DNA from: a virus
Taxonomy: Duplodnaviria > Heunggongvirae > Uroviricota > Caudoviricetes
Virus record (IMG/VR): IMGVR_UViG_3300015365_000054
Length of the DNA: 64,000 nt
Direction: 5' to 3' (one strand)
Under the pieces are notes generated by a model. The model saw only the letters and a list, made by a program, of their open reading frames with translations, was not told the origin of the DNA and searched no databases. A program made the position numbers and the translations under genes. This document shows, piece by piece, positions 1-7,881 of the stretch (position 1 is its first letter; each line of letters begins with the position of its first letter).

Positions 1-11
1 TAAAAATAATT

Positions 12-449
12 TCATATATTTTGCTCTACAACTTTTCTTTTATACTTTTGTATCATATGATGAACTTTTATATATAAGATAACTGCGCAAGTATAGCATC
101 TAATGGCTCTTTTGTCCATATCATTTGATACGGAATCACACATTGTACATTTATGAGAATAATCACCAGAAGCATACCCAAATTCCACTAAATCCTCTTC
201 AAATATTCCTTTTGCATCTGCATATTGCTTTATTTGTTCATTAGTCATTTCATCTGGGCAATGTTCAAACATCAGTTCATCAATTCTTGCTTGTAGCTGT
301 TCAATCTGGCGTTCGCAACACCTATGCGACTGCCATACCAATAATCCATCAGAAGAAATGTACTCGTATGTACCACAAAGCCACGAATTCTCTTTATCTC
401 GTTTAGCCCCGCAGTGGGGGCAGGTTTCGTTAGTAGTCATATGCCGCAC
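12..449 (-). CDS. small modular Zn-finger protein (module A N-terminus, second CxxC...CxxC)
   Basis: MTTNETCPHCGAK N-terminus is shared at DNA level with 430..747; later CTMC..CYTC. Confidence 0.7.
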   Translation of the reverse strand: MRHMTTNETCPHCGAKRDKENSWLCGTYEYISSDGLLVWQSHRCCERQIEQLQARIDELMFEHCPDEMTNEQIKQYADAKGIFEEDLVEFGYASGDYSHKCTMCDSVSNDMDKRAIRCYTCAVILYIKVHHMIQKYKRKVVEQNI

Positions 450-747
450 ATCCCCTCGCTCTGATTGCTACTGCGCACTCCATAGGCCCGCTTGTATCCC
501 CCATGTGCCATGACCAATGCAGGTCATCACATATCTTCGCACACGCCTCACGCTCATCCAGCACCGCCTGCCTCAACCTCTCAATCTCCACATCACGTTG
601 TTTAATCTGACGCTTCAGACATTCGCATTCAGCATAGGAAGTACTGCCGTCCCCCCAAACCAGCGCACCGCATTTGTATCGTCTGTAATTTGAAACCGAA
701 TGGTATGAGATTTCAGCCCCGCAGTGGGGGCAGGTTTCGTTAGTCAT
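430..747 (-). CDS. small modular protein (modules A, B and C)
   Basis: MTNETCPHCGAE, then EIERLRQAVLDEREACAKIC, then AIRARG. Confidence 0.75.
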   Translation of the reverse strand: MTNETCPHCGAEISYHSVSNYRRYKCGALVWGDGSTSYAECECLKRQIKQRDVEIERLRQAVLDEREACAKICDDLHWSWHMGDTSGPMECAVAIRARGCAAYDY

Positions 748-1292
748 CCGAATATCTCCTTAAAAAGCTCGGCTTGTTTTTCTGACGCAGCGGCACCCGC
801 AGTAGTCGCAGCAGAAGCCCTCTCAGTAGCATCCATCACGGCAGTTCTAGCAGTTCTGGCGGCTCTAGCAGCGGCACCCGCAGCACCCCACGCAGTTCTA
901 GCAGCCTCCCACGCAGCCTCCGACGCTGCCTCATACGATCTCCGCGCTTTCCCAGCAGACTTCGCAGCGACGGCTAATTCACTGTCTGTTGCCTTACCCT
1001 TAGCGAACCTTTCGGCCACGCCCAGCGCAGCTATGCTTCGTCGGTCAGTCATCAGGTGCTGCACTTGGCGAGCACAGGCAACTGCAAAAAGCCGCGCTTC
1101 TCGTTCACACTCTGTTGAGCGCAGACTCCAGATCGCATCATCTAGCCCGTTAGTTTCCAGAATGCGAACCAACGGTAGCGGATCATCGTCTGCTTCGCTC
1201 TTACCAAGAGCAGCCAAGAGTAGCCGCCAGCTGTTATCACTGTTCACGTACGGCTCTTGCGCACGGATTTTATTTAGTGTTGTGTAAATCAT
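744..1292 (-). CDS. phage hypothetical protein with Ala-rich C-terminal repeats (possibly Imm5-like)
   Basis: NGLDDAIWSL, ARLFAVACARQVQHL, then AAWxAA-type repeats; overlaps both neighbours by 4 nt. Confidence 0.7.
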   Translation of the reverse strand: MIYTTLNKIRAQEPYVNSDNSWRLLLAALGKSEADDDPLPLVRILETNGLDDAIWSLRSTECEREARLFAVACARQVQHLMTDRRSIAALGVAERFAKGKATDSELAVAAKSAGKARRSYEAASEAAWEAARTAWGAAGAAARAARTARTAVMDATERASAATTAGAAASEKQAELFKEIFG

Positions 1293-1693
1293 TTCACTTC
1301 ACCTCTTGCTCTGATTGCATCAGCACAAAACAATGCACCGTCGCGTTCTCGGTCATACTCATCGTAACTTTCATACTCTGCATCACACACCTTCGCGCAC
1401 GCCTCACGCTCATCTAGCACCGCCTGTTTCAACCGCTCAATCTCCGCAGCCTGAGCCGCGATCTGGCGTTGCATGTTTGGCACGTCCGCAATTAGGTTGG
1501 CAATCTCTTCGTCTGTTTTTCCACTTCCAAGAGTTTGAGCAAGTATGAAAATTTCATCGACGTTGGCTTCGTCTTTTGGGGCATCAGCAATCACAAGAAA
1601 TCTTGACAGGTCGTCACAGTTTTTATCTGCAACCAACAAAGTACTCCACTTAAGTGAAAGCATGTTCATATACCGCTCCTCCCAATGATCCAC
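1289..1693 (-). CDS. modular protein (modules B and C with unrelated N-terminus)
   Basis: QRQIAAQAAEIERLKQAVLDEREACAKVC...CADAIRARG; lies downstream of promoter 1729-1757. Confidence 0.75.
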   Translation of the reverse strand: MDHWEERYMNMLSLKWSTLLVADKNCDDLSRFLVIADAPKDEANVDEIFILAQTLGSGKTDEEIANLIADVPNMQRQIAAQAAEIERLKQAVLDEREACAKVCDAEYESYDEYDRERDGALFCADAIRARGEVK

Positions 1694-1728
1694 TGTTCAT
1701 AAAATGCCATATTTTGTCTGGATGACAG

Positions 1729-1757
1729 ATTATACATTATTCATTTTAAATATGCAA
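1729..1757 (-). promoter_or_regulatory. sigma70-type early promoter
   Basis: TTGCAT-17nt-TATAAT preceded by an A-tract. Confidence 0.7.
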
Positions 1758-1764
1758 CAGTTTT

Positions 1765-1986
1765 TTACCACCCAGACCAATCATCATTAAACCCACCACC
1801 CATGGATTCCTCCATGATTTCATCATAGGCATCTGTATCGTTTATATCTAGCACCTGATCTTCTGAGAATAAAGCAATTCCTTTGCTATTCTTCTTTCTT
1901 GATCTCTCCCCAGCTTGAACCTGAAACCCAATGTTTTTCCACTCTTCATATGTGGCATATTTCATAATTTGTTGCTCGCTATTCAT
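1765..1986 (-). CDS. small acidic hypothetical protein
   Basis: ORF with ATGA-type overlap; first 25 codons are duplicated at 4271-4346. Confidence 0.65.
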   Translation of the reverse strand: MNSEQQIMKYATYEEWKNIGFQVQAGERSRKKNSKGIALFSEDQVLDINDTDAYDEIMEESMGGGFNDDWSGW

Positions 1987-2135
1987 TTATATACCTCGTG
2001 TATCCAACAGCCAATTGCAGTTACAGTGATGAACACCGGAAGCATTGCAAAAAGCACATACCCGTTATACATAACGGCTGTAGCGGCTTGCTCCTCTATC
2101 TGTTTTTCGTAATCGCCATTCATTCATCACCTCTT
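1911..2135. repeat. 225-bp exact direct repeat, copy 1 (copy 2 at 4271-4495)
   Basis: Identical from cagcttgaacctgaaaccc to cattcatcacctctt; offset 2360. Confidence 0.95.
1983..2123 (-). CDS. 46-aa putative membrane protein, copy 1 (not in ORF track)
   Basis: MNGDYEKQIEEQAATAVMYNGYVLFAMLPVFITVTAIGCWIHEVYK; GAGGTG upstream. Confidence 0.6.
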   Translation of the reverse strand: MNGDYEKQIEEQAATAVMYNGYVLFAMLPVFITVTAIGCWIHEVYK

Positions 2136-2425
2136 GCTTTCAGCATCGCATCAGCAACGTCATATGCCCATCTCGCCAATTTTTCAAAATCAAAGACATG
2201 CCCGCCGCTAGCGATATTCCCCTGCATCGCACCAACGGCGATTCGATCTCTAAGATGCTTCACCCGCTTCAACCTCAACCTCTCAATCTCCGCAGCCTGA
2301 ATTGCGATTTGGCGTTCGTAACATTCTGGCGTTCTCGGCTTTTTACGGTTAGAGCCACAGTCATAATCGTTTGTTCCGACAAAATTTCGTTCAGCCCCGC
2401 AGTAGGAGCAAGTTTTATTAGTCAT
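2120..2425 (-). CDS. small modular protein (modules A and B, different C-terminal module)
   Basis: MTNKTCSYCGAE...YDCG...ERQIAIQAAEIERLR...AYDVADAMLKARG. Confidence 0.75.
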   Translation of the reverse strand: MTNKTCSYCGAERNFVGTNDYDCGSNRKKPRTPECYERQIAIQAAEIERLRLKRVKHLRDRIAVGAMQGNIASGGHVFDFEKLARWAYDVADAMLKARGDE

Positions 2426-2601
2426 GGCTTGGTTGCCTCCTGAACATTTTCAACGATTTTTTCTATTGCAGTTGCTGTGTATGGCTTGTCCTTGTCAGTC
2501 ATAGCACCGCCCATTGTTACTACATCAGATACAACTGCAACTGGTAGTTCAACAACAACGCCAACTGCTGCTTTAGTAAGATCGGAAAATAACTTAAACA
2601 T
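2422..2601 (-). CDS. 59-aa hypothetical protein (not in ORF track)
   Basis: MFKLFSDLTKAAVGVVVELPVAVVSDVVTMGGAMTDKDKPYTA...; RBS GAGGTG. Confidence 0.7.
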   Translation of the reverse strand: MFKLFSDLTKAAVGVVVELPVAVVSDVVTMGGAMTDKDKPYTATAIEKIVENVQEATKP

Positions 2602-2675
2602 TTAATTCACCTCAATTTAGTGTGCCGTAAAGGCAATATATAAAAAATGACATACCCACCATGCCCATACCCCAA
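2599..2675. repeat. 77-bp direct repeat, copy 1 (copy 2 at 4988-5064, one mismatch)
   Basis: catttaattcacctcaatttagtgtgc(c/a)gtaaagg...ccccaa; carries an RBS and ATG. Confidence 0.95.
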
Positions 2676-2708
2676 CGAAGAGGCGTTATCTCCACCCGTC
2701 AATTCAAA

Positions 2709-3026
2709 TTACTGCAAATCCCAAACCTTACCATCAGCATCACGATAGAAGTCATCGTTAGCATTAACCCAAATCTTTTCATTATCAACTGGGTCAATTA
2801 CATACCACTGATTGCCTTCCTGCTTGGCGTGAATTGTGCCAACCACAATAAAATTGTGTTCAGAAGTATTATCCTGAGTAGTGGTTGTGGTAGTTGTTGT
2901 AGTAACAATTTCTTCTTCATCATCATCGTAAAAATCATCATATCGCATAGTACGAGTCCTCTCAACAATAACGCCAATTAGTATAGCAAATAATAGAATA
3001 CAAATCAATAGAATAAGCAAATGCAC
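2709..3026 (-). CDS. N-terminally anchored membrane protein with acidic and poly-Thr tract
   Basis: Hydrophobic N-terminus, YDDFYDDDEEE, nine consecutive Thr. Confidence 0.7.
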   Translation of the reverse strand: MHLLILLICILLFAILIGVIVERTRTMRYDDFYDDDEEEIVTTTTTTTTTQDNTSEHNFIVVGTIHAKQEGNQWYVIDPVDNEKIWVNANDDFYRDADGKVWDLQ

Positions 3027-3035
3027 GTTAATCTC

Positions 3036-3740
3036 CTAACCAACTAATAACAATACGATAACAAGAATAATCACAAAAGCAACCAGTACACCTACAACAA
3101 TATCATTGTCAGATGAACGAGTTTGAATCACTACTGGTTGTGGTTGTGCAACTTGTTCCCCAGCATCAGCAGGTACGGTTTGTGCTACCATCTGACCATT
3201 ATCTACTGGAGTAAATTGTCCATTGACATAGGTACCCACTACGTATCCATTTTGGTTAACAACCTGCCCATTAGGGTATAGCAACGCATTGTTATTGTAA
3301 ATGCCGCCACCAGTGTACATAACTGTACCATATGGATGCAACATACCACCAATAATCAATCCAGTCAATAGACCATTGTTGTAATGGTATCCATATCCCC
3401 AGCCACCGCCGTAGTACCCACCAGGACTTGTGTATCTACCAGAATATGATCGATTGATTCTTGTAGACGTAGTAGTGGTAGTTGTGGTTGTACGTGGAGC
3501 AGAAACTGTACGTGGAGCAGTACTAAAACTGCCTCTTGACGTAGAGCCTGATGTACTAAAACTACCTCTGCTAGGTGAAGATGCTATCCTTGGTGAACTG
3601 AATCCACCGCGAAATGCTGACCCACCACTGAACCCACGACTACCACCGCCGTAACCACCGCCCGGTTTAGCATTGGCTGAACCAACTACCAACAGTGAAC
3701 ACAGTAATACCAATAGAATCTTTCTCATAAAGCCTCTCAA
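3036..3740 (-). CDS. secreted, C-terminally anchored Gly/Ser/Arg-rich protein
   Basis: Signal peptide (SANA), GGxGG/SRGS low-complexity region, poly-Thr, C-terminal TM helix. Confidence 0.75.
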   Translation of the reverse strand: MRGFMRKILLVLLCSLLVVGSANAKPGGGYGGGSRGFSGGSAFRGGFSSPRIASSPSRGSFSTSGSTSRGSFSTAPRTVSAPRTTTTTTTTSTRINRSYSGRYTSPGGYYGGGWGYGYHYNNGLLTGLIIGGMLHPYGTVMYTGGGIYNNNALLYPNGQVVNQNGYVVGTYVNGQFTPVDNGQMVAQTVPADAGEQVAQPQPVVIQTRSSDNDIVVGVLVAFVIILVIVLLLVG

Positions 3741-3756
3741 ATATTAAAAAACAACC

Positions 3757-4065
3757 TTACTCAAACTTCTTTTTCAATCTCTCAAGTTCAGCACGTTCAC
3801 GCTGCTCTTGCCGTTCTTTCATTACCTGTTCCTTTGCTAGTCGTGCCTCTTGTTCAGCATCCGTTTCTTCACGGTACTCAAAAAGATACAACCCCGAATG
3901 ATCATTATAATCCAACGTATCAAGACCATAACGAACATCACGCCCTTTATAGTATTCTTTTAGCCGTAACATACGGTTGATTACATCGTCAAATGTCTCG
4001 CCGTCAAACTTGTCATCTTGGCTATAATTGTCTACTAGCGTTCGAACCATTTTACGCTCGCTCAT
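3757..4065 (-). CDS. hypothetical protein with coiled-coil C-terminus
   Basis: GGAG RBS; directly downstream of promoter 4098-4125. Confidence 0.75.
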   Translation of the reverse strand: MSERKMVRTLVDNYSQDDKFDGETFDDVINRMLRLKEYYKGRDVRYGLDTLDYNDHSGLYLFEYREETDAEQEARLAKEQVMKERQEQRERAELERLKKKFE

Positions 4066-4097
4066 TACAATCTCCCATTGCCTAACTCTATGTAGCT

Positions 4098-4125
4098 ATT
4101 ATACGGGAATGGTACCCAAAGTCAA
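4098..4125 (-). promoter_or_regulatory. sigma70-type early promoter
   Basis: AAAAAACTA-TTGACT-16nt-TATAAT. Confidence 0.75.
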
Positions 4126-4172
4126 TAGTTTTTTACTAAAAATAAACCTAATAGAATCAATAACTTACGAGA

Positions 4173-4346
4173 TCACTGTCTCAGTAGCCATATTACCTGC
4201 TCCGGTCCGGTGAATTGATCTTTAAAGAGTTTGTAATAATCTGAAGCCCATTCAGGATTTTGAGCAATCACAGCTTGAACCTGAAACCCAATGTTTTTCC
4301 ACTCTTCATATGTGGCATATTTCATAATTTGTTGCTCGCTATTCAT
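4173..4346 (-). CDS. 57-aa chimeric ORF (first 25 codons of 1765..1986 fused in frame to a new tail)
   Basis: MNSEQQIMKYATYEEWKNIGFQVQA/VIAQNPEWASDYYKLFKDQFTGPEQVIWLLRQ. Confidence 0.5.
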   Translation of the reverse strand: MNSEQQIMKYATYEEWKNIGFQVQAVIAQNPEWASDYYKLFKDQFTGPEQVIWLLRQ

Positions 4347-4495
4347 TTATATACCTCGTGTATCCAACAGCCAATTGCAGTTACAGTGATGAACACCGGA
4401 AGCATTGCAAAAAGCACATACCCGTTATACATAACGGCTGTAGCGGCTTGCTCCTCTATCTGTTTTTCGTAATCGCCATTCATTCATCACCTCTT
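4271..4495. repeat. 225-bp exact direct repeat, copy 2
   Basis: Identical to 1911-2135. Confidence 0.95.
4343..4483 (-). CDS. 46-aa putative membrane protein, copy 2
   Basis: Identical to 1983..2123. Confidence 0.6.
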   Translation of the reverse strand: MNGDYEKQIEEQAATAVMYNGYVLFAMLPVFITVTAIGCWIHEVYK

Positions 4496-4599
4496 ACTTT
4501 AACAATTCGTTTTCTTCTGACAGCAAAGTGCCAATTTTATCCAACAAACCCCGCAGCCTTCCAATCTCCGCAGTGTTTACAAACATCAGTCTTGTTCAT
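4494..4599 (-). pseudogene. frameshifted module A/module B deletion remnant
   Basis: MNKTDVCKHCG continues in another frame as AEIGRLRGLLDKIGTLLSEENELLK; junction CTGCGG. Confidence 0.55.
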
Positions 4600-4990
4600 A
4601 TTTTCTTTTTGCACCATTAACCTCGTTCATTTGTTTTTCTAGCATATCACTGTGAAATGCTGGATTTGGGTTTTCAATTCTGTAGGCAAACCCACCACTA
4701 AAATAAACACAGTATCCATATCCATGTCCACTCTCGATTACGATTGTATATGCTGCTGTTATAGCTTGTCCACCAACTCCACCAAAACCTAACGCAGTTG
4801 ATCCCCATACCTGCGGAAACATTGCGACCACTGTTAGATCATATTCGCTGTGCTTCCTTTTTCTGGTTATACGAGCATCCTTGTCTTTTGATGCCCAATC
4901 TCTGTCTTCGTATTCAATTTCTGGAAACCCAACATGCACAGCATGGCCTAATGCTCTATGCAAAGAATTTAACGGACTATCTATACTCAT
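4586..4990 (-). CDS. phage hypothetical protein
   Basis: MFPQVWGSTALGFGGVGGQAIT; RBS and ATG are supplied by the 77-bp repeat. Confidence 0.75.
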   Translation of the reverse strand: MSIDSPLNSLHRALGHAVHVGFPEIEYEDRDWASKDKDARITRKRKHSEYDLTVVAMFPQVWGSTALGFGGVGGQAITAAYTIVIESGHGYGYCVYFSGGFAYRIENPNPAFHSDMLEKQMNEVNGAKRKYEQD

Positions 4991-5064
4991 TTAATTCACC
5001 TCAATTTAGTGTGCAGTAAAGGCAATATATAAAAAATGACATACCCACCATGCCCATACCCCAA
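4988..5064. repeat. 77-bp direct repeat, copy 2
   Basis: See 2599-2675. Confidence 0.95.
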
Positions 5065-5104
5065 TGAAAAAGCCAATAATATATGCTTTCTGTTTCTCAT
5101 TCAT
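5006..5104 (-). CDS. 32-aa membrane peptide (not in ORF track)
   Basis: MNEKQKAYIIGFFIGVWAWWVCHFLYIAFTAH; its 3' part is the 77-bp repeat. Confidence 0.5.
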   Translation of the reverse strand: MNEKQKAYIIGFFIGVWAWWVCHFLYIAFTAH

Positions 5105-5261
5105 CTTTTATTCTCTCATTCATACGACAAGACATACCACGAAACCCCTTATCTATATACCTAATATTGATATAAGTGCCGCATTCATAATAATAAAAAA
5201 CTTGGTCTTTTTCCTTCATAGATGATCCGCAAAATTTACAACATCTTAGGTCATAACTCAT
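5097..5261 (-). CDS. 54-aa Zn-finger protein, module A relative (not in ORF track)
   Basis: MSYDLRCCKFCGSS...YYYECGTY. Confidence 0.6.
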   Translation of the reverse strand: MSYDLRCCKFCGSSMKEKDQVFYYYECGTYINIRYIDKGFRGMSCRMNERIKDE

Positions 5262-5622
5262 GTTTATTCACTCTTGCTCTTATTGATGCTGAAATTTGTT
5301 CGCACCCTACGTACCTATCTGCAATTTTCGCACACTCTTCGGACTCAAGAACTGCGGCGTTCCTATATACTTGTGAATACCTTCCTTGTCCAGTAGTGAT
5401 GAACTGGTAACAAGGAAGGCACATATCACCAACAAACTGCCCTTGGTGAGTATGGTTTTTGCAATTTTTAACAATACATTTATCCTGCCTCCTGTATTCG
5501 GATAATGCAAATTTCAACCGTGCAGTTTCCACCTCTAGAGCAGCAACTCTTTTTTGGTAACAATTGTGTTCACCAATAAATGTTATTTCAACTCCACAGT
5601 AAGTACAGGTATTGTTGGGCAT
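5251..5622 (-). CDS. small modular protein (divergent modules A, B and C)
   Basis: MPNNTCTYCGVE...AVLESEECAKIAD...ASIRARV; GAGGTG RBS. Confidence 0.75.
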   Translation of the reverse strand: MPNNTCTYCGVEITFIGEHNCYQKRVAALEVETARLKFALSEYRRQDKCIVKNCKNHTHQGQFVGDMCLPCYQFITTGQGRYSQVYRNAAVLESEECAKIADRYVGCEQISASIRARVNKHEL

Positions 5623-5633
5623 AATATTTCACC

Positions 5634-6542
5634 TCAAGAAACAAACTCGTTAAAGAAATTTTCAATGAAAGCCAATCTATCCTGTTCTTCCAAACTTACA
5701 AAATGATCTCTGTTGCTGTTGATGTGATCTACCAATGGATAATACTCCTCTGGCAAATTATTCTTGTTTGCAATCAACCATTCCGAAGTAACCTTTTCTG
5801 CTCTAATGCGAGCAAACAATTTCTTGGTTAGATAATATGGTGATTTGATCTTCAATACAGTAGTAGCAGTATACACAACAAATCCTTCTTTTTGAGAATT
5901 CTTTGCTTCGTTAACCAAATCACTGAATCTACACACACTACATCGTGGAATAAATGCACCAAATTCTCGTAACTTAACTTCTGATAGAGAAGGAATAGCA
6001 GGATCAGGAATATCAAGCACTCCAGTAGAAATATTTCTTCTGCCTAGAAAATACGCACCAGTTTTTTCCTTAATGATATGCGGATCACTATGATCAACAA
6101 TTTCAAACATATAGGTGTATCCCACATCAAGAGCACCTTTCAATGGTGTGATATGCTTTTCTGCCAGTGTTACGAAATCAGAATCTAATGATCCCGTAGT
6201 GGATACAATCAACCCATGCACAGGATGCATGGTTGCTGCGCCCATAAATCCATTGATCTTCTCAATCGAAATAACCAAGTTATCCCGTGGAATATCTGTA
6301 TTATTTTCAAAACGATTAAAGATCTTCTTGAATGGCAGACAGACAATGTTGTAATCTGCATCCACAACCATGCCACGCATTTCCATTAATTCTGGTGTCC
6401 AGAGATTATCATAGAATACACGATTGTGGTACTTCAAAACAAATAGATCAGGATAACGCTTTGATTCCTTGCGCAATACTAATCTAGGATTGTTTTCAAC
6501 AAAATATCTTATTTGAGTTGGAGTCAACATGTTATATCTCAA
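5634..6542 (-). CDS. rnlA: RNA ligase 1 (T4 Rnl1-like)
   Basis: LFVLKY, E-x-RG, motif I KINGF, motif IV EGFVV, motif V KIKSPYY. Confidence 0.8.
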   Translation of the reverse strand: MRYNMLTPTQIRYFVENNPRLVLRKESKRYPDLFVLKYHNRVFYDNLWTPELMEMRGMVVDADYNIVCLPFKKIFNRFENNTDIPRDNLVISIEKINGFMGAATMHPVHGLIVSTTGSLDSDFVTLAEKHITPLKGALDVGYTYMFEIVDHSDPHIIKEKTGAYFLGRRNISTGVLDIPDPAIPSLSEVKLREFGAFIPRCSVCRFSDLVNEAKNSQKEGFVVYTATTVLKIKSPYYLTKKLFARIRAEKVTSEWLIANKNNLPEEYYPLVDHINSNRDHFVSLEEQDRLAFIENFFNEFVS

Positions 6543-6985
6543 TCAATTTCAAAATGCTTTATATCAACGAAATTCTCAAAATATTTCACAACATCCTCAT
6601 TGGATACGAAACGATTCTTCATCCTTTCTATAGTATCATATGGGACATTATGCACTGATCCAAAATTATGCTTCATATGGATGATAATCATCGCATACCC
6701 ATAATCCTTTGTCAATTGGGCATAGGGTGTAATTTCAGAGATCTTAGTAAATGTGTTGGACACGAAAATTTTTTCTGTACCATTAAGCATTTCACATTCA
6801 ACGGAAAAACGACACCATTTGTGCGCCTTATTTAAATAAGATGCATCAAATTTGTATTCTTCATTGTCCATGAAGTACATATCAGTTTCCCGATGTACGC
6901 TATTTGGTGCTGCCTGTGCTGCTGCTTGGGCATAAGTGGACTTACCAGAACCGGGTAGTCCACGAATTATGTATAGTGTTTTCAT
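6539..6985 (-). CDS. stand-alone P-loop kinase (AAA_33 / polynucleotide kinase-like)
   Basis: IIRGLPGSGKST, VSNTFT, SVHNVP..TIERMKNRF. Confidence 0.8.
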   Translation of the reverse strand: MKTLYIIRGLPGSGKSTYAQAAAQAAPNSVHRETDMYFMDNEEYKFDASYLNKAHKWCRFSVECEMLNGTEKIFVSNTFTKISEITPYAQLTKDYGYAMIIIHMKHNFGSVHNVPYDTIERMKNRFVSNEDVVKYFENFVDIKHFEID

Positions 6986-7798
6986 TTATGCTGCTGCTTT
7001 TGTGTCGGTGAGTGTTTTTACTCTGGAGAGAACAGTCTGCTGCTGTCCATTATATTCACGATATCCCTTGATGGTTCCACGGATGCTCAACTTCAAACCC
7101 ACTTTAGGTGCCCATGCTGACGACATCACAGTGATGCATGCATTGGTAGTACTCTCCACCATTATAGTCAGAGCTGATGCACCATACAGTGTCTGTAATG
7201 GGATTGATTTGATCACTGTAACATCAATATCAACACGCTTGCCAGCAACACCATAATGTGCATCTTTACTTGGTGTTGGCAGCAACAGATGCTGATATTT
7301 TTCACGAAGGACTTGAGCAACATAATACAGAATAGAATCTTCTTTGAATGCACCAGTGGTCATCATCCATTGCATGTAGGATACATCAATATCTTCGAAT
7401 TTGTGACCAGTGAAACGACCAATAGGCATGATTCCGGAATTTACTAATTCCTTGTATTCGACCATCAACTTCTCACGGGCAGCAATTTCATCCACAATTC
7501 GCTGCTGACGGGCTGCTTCACGTTTTTCCAATTCCTCCTTTGTTGTGCGCTTGATTTCACGCATTTCAATCAAAAGAGTATTTCTGTCGTAACTGATAGG
7601 CATACTACGCTTTTCGGCATATTCTGTTGCCTTGGCAATAGCCACATCAATATCCTGAGACAGGTTCTGGATATGATATGAAAGCATCACCTTGCGACGA
7701 CCAAAGAAGTCAACACTATTTTCCCGCAGGGTATAGAACGCGCAGGTTTCACCAATTCCAATGTAGAGGACAGGTATGAAAGCGTCTGTGTTGCTCAT
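6986..7798 (-). CDS. hypothetical protein with DUF3820-like segment and C-terminal OB-fold-like region
   Basis: MPIGRFTGHKF..ID.SYMQW; C-terminal GTIKGYREYNGQQQTVLSRVK. Confidence 0.65.
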   Translation of the reverse strand: MSNTDAFIPVLYIGIGETCAFYTLRENSVDFFGRRKVMLSYHIQNLSQDIDVAIAKATEYAEKRSMPISYDRNTLLIEMREIKRTTKEELEKREAARQQRIVDEIAAREKLMVEYKELVNSGIMPIGRFTGHKFEDIDVSYMQWMMTTGAFKEDSILYYVAQVLREKYQHLLLPTPSKDAHYGVAGKRVDIDVTVIKSIPLQTLYGASALTIMVESTTNACITVMSSAWAPKVGLKLSIRGTIKGYREYNGQQQTVLSRVKTLTDTKAAA

Positions 7799-7829
7799 GC
7801 CAAACTCCGGTTAACTTTCCAGTTCGCGT

Positions 7830-7858
7830 ATTAAACCACACGAAACATGGAAAGTCAA
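7830..7858 (-). promoter_or_regulatory. sigma70-type early promoter
   Basis: A-tract, then TTGACT-17nt-TTTAAT; GGAG RBS before ATG 7798. Confidence 0.7.
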
Positions 7859-7881
7859 CAGGTTTTTTTTTCGGATTTTGG

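Noticed and set aside
724-1287. 187-aa plus-strand Ala-rich ORF, and the other plus-strand ORFs in the track
   Set aside because: Antisense shadows of well-formed minus-strand genes; no RBS, motif or operon context
12-5622. Diversity-generating retroelement explaining the repeats
   Set aside because: No reverse transcriptase in the window, and the repeat mismatches are not adenine-specific
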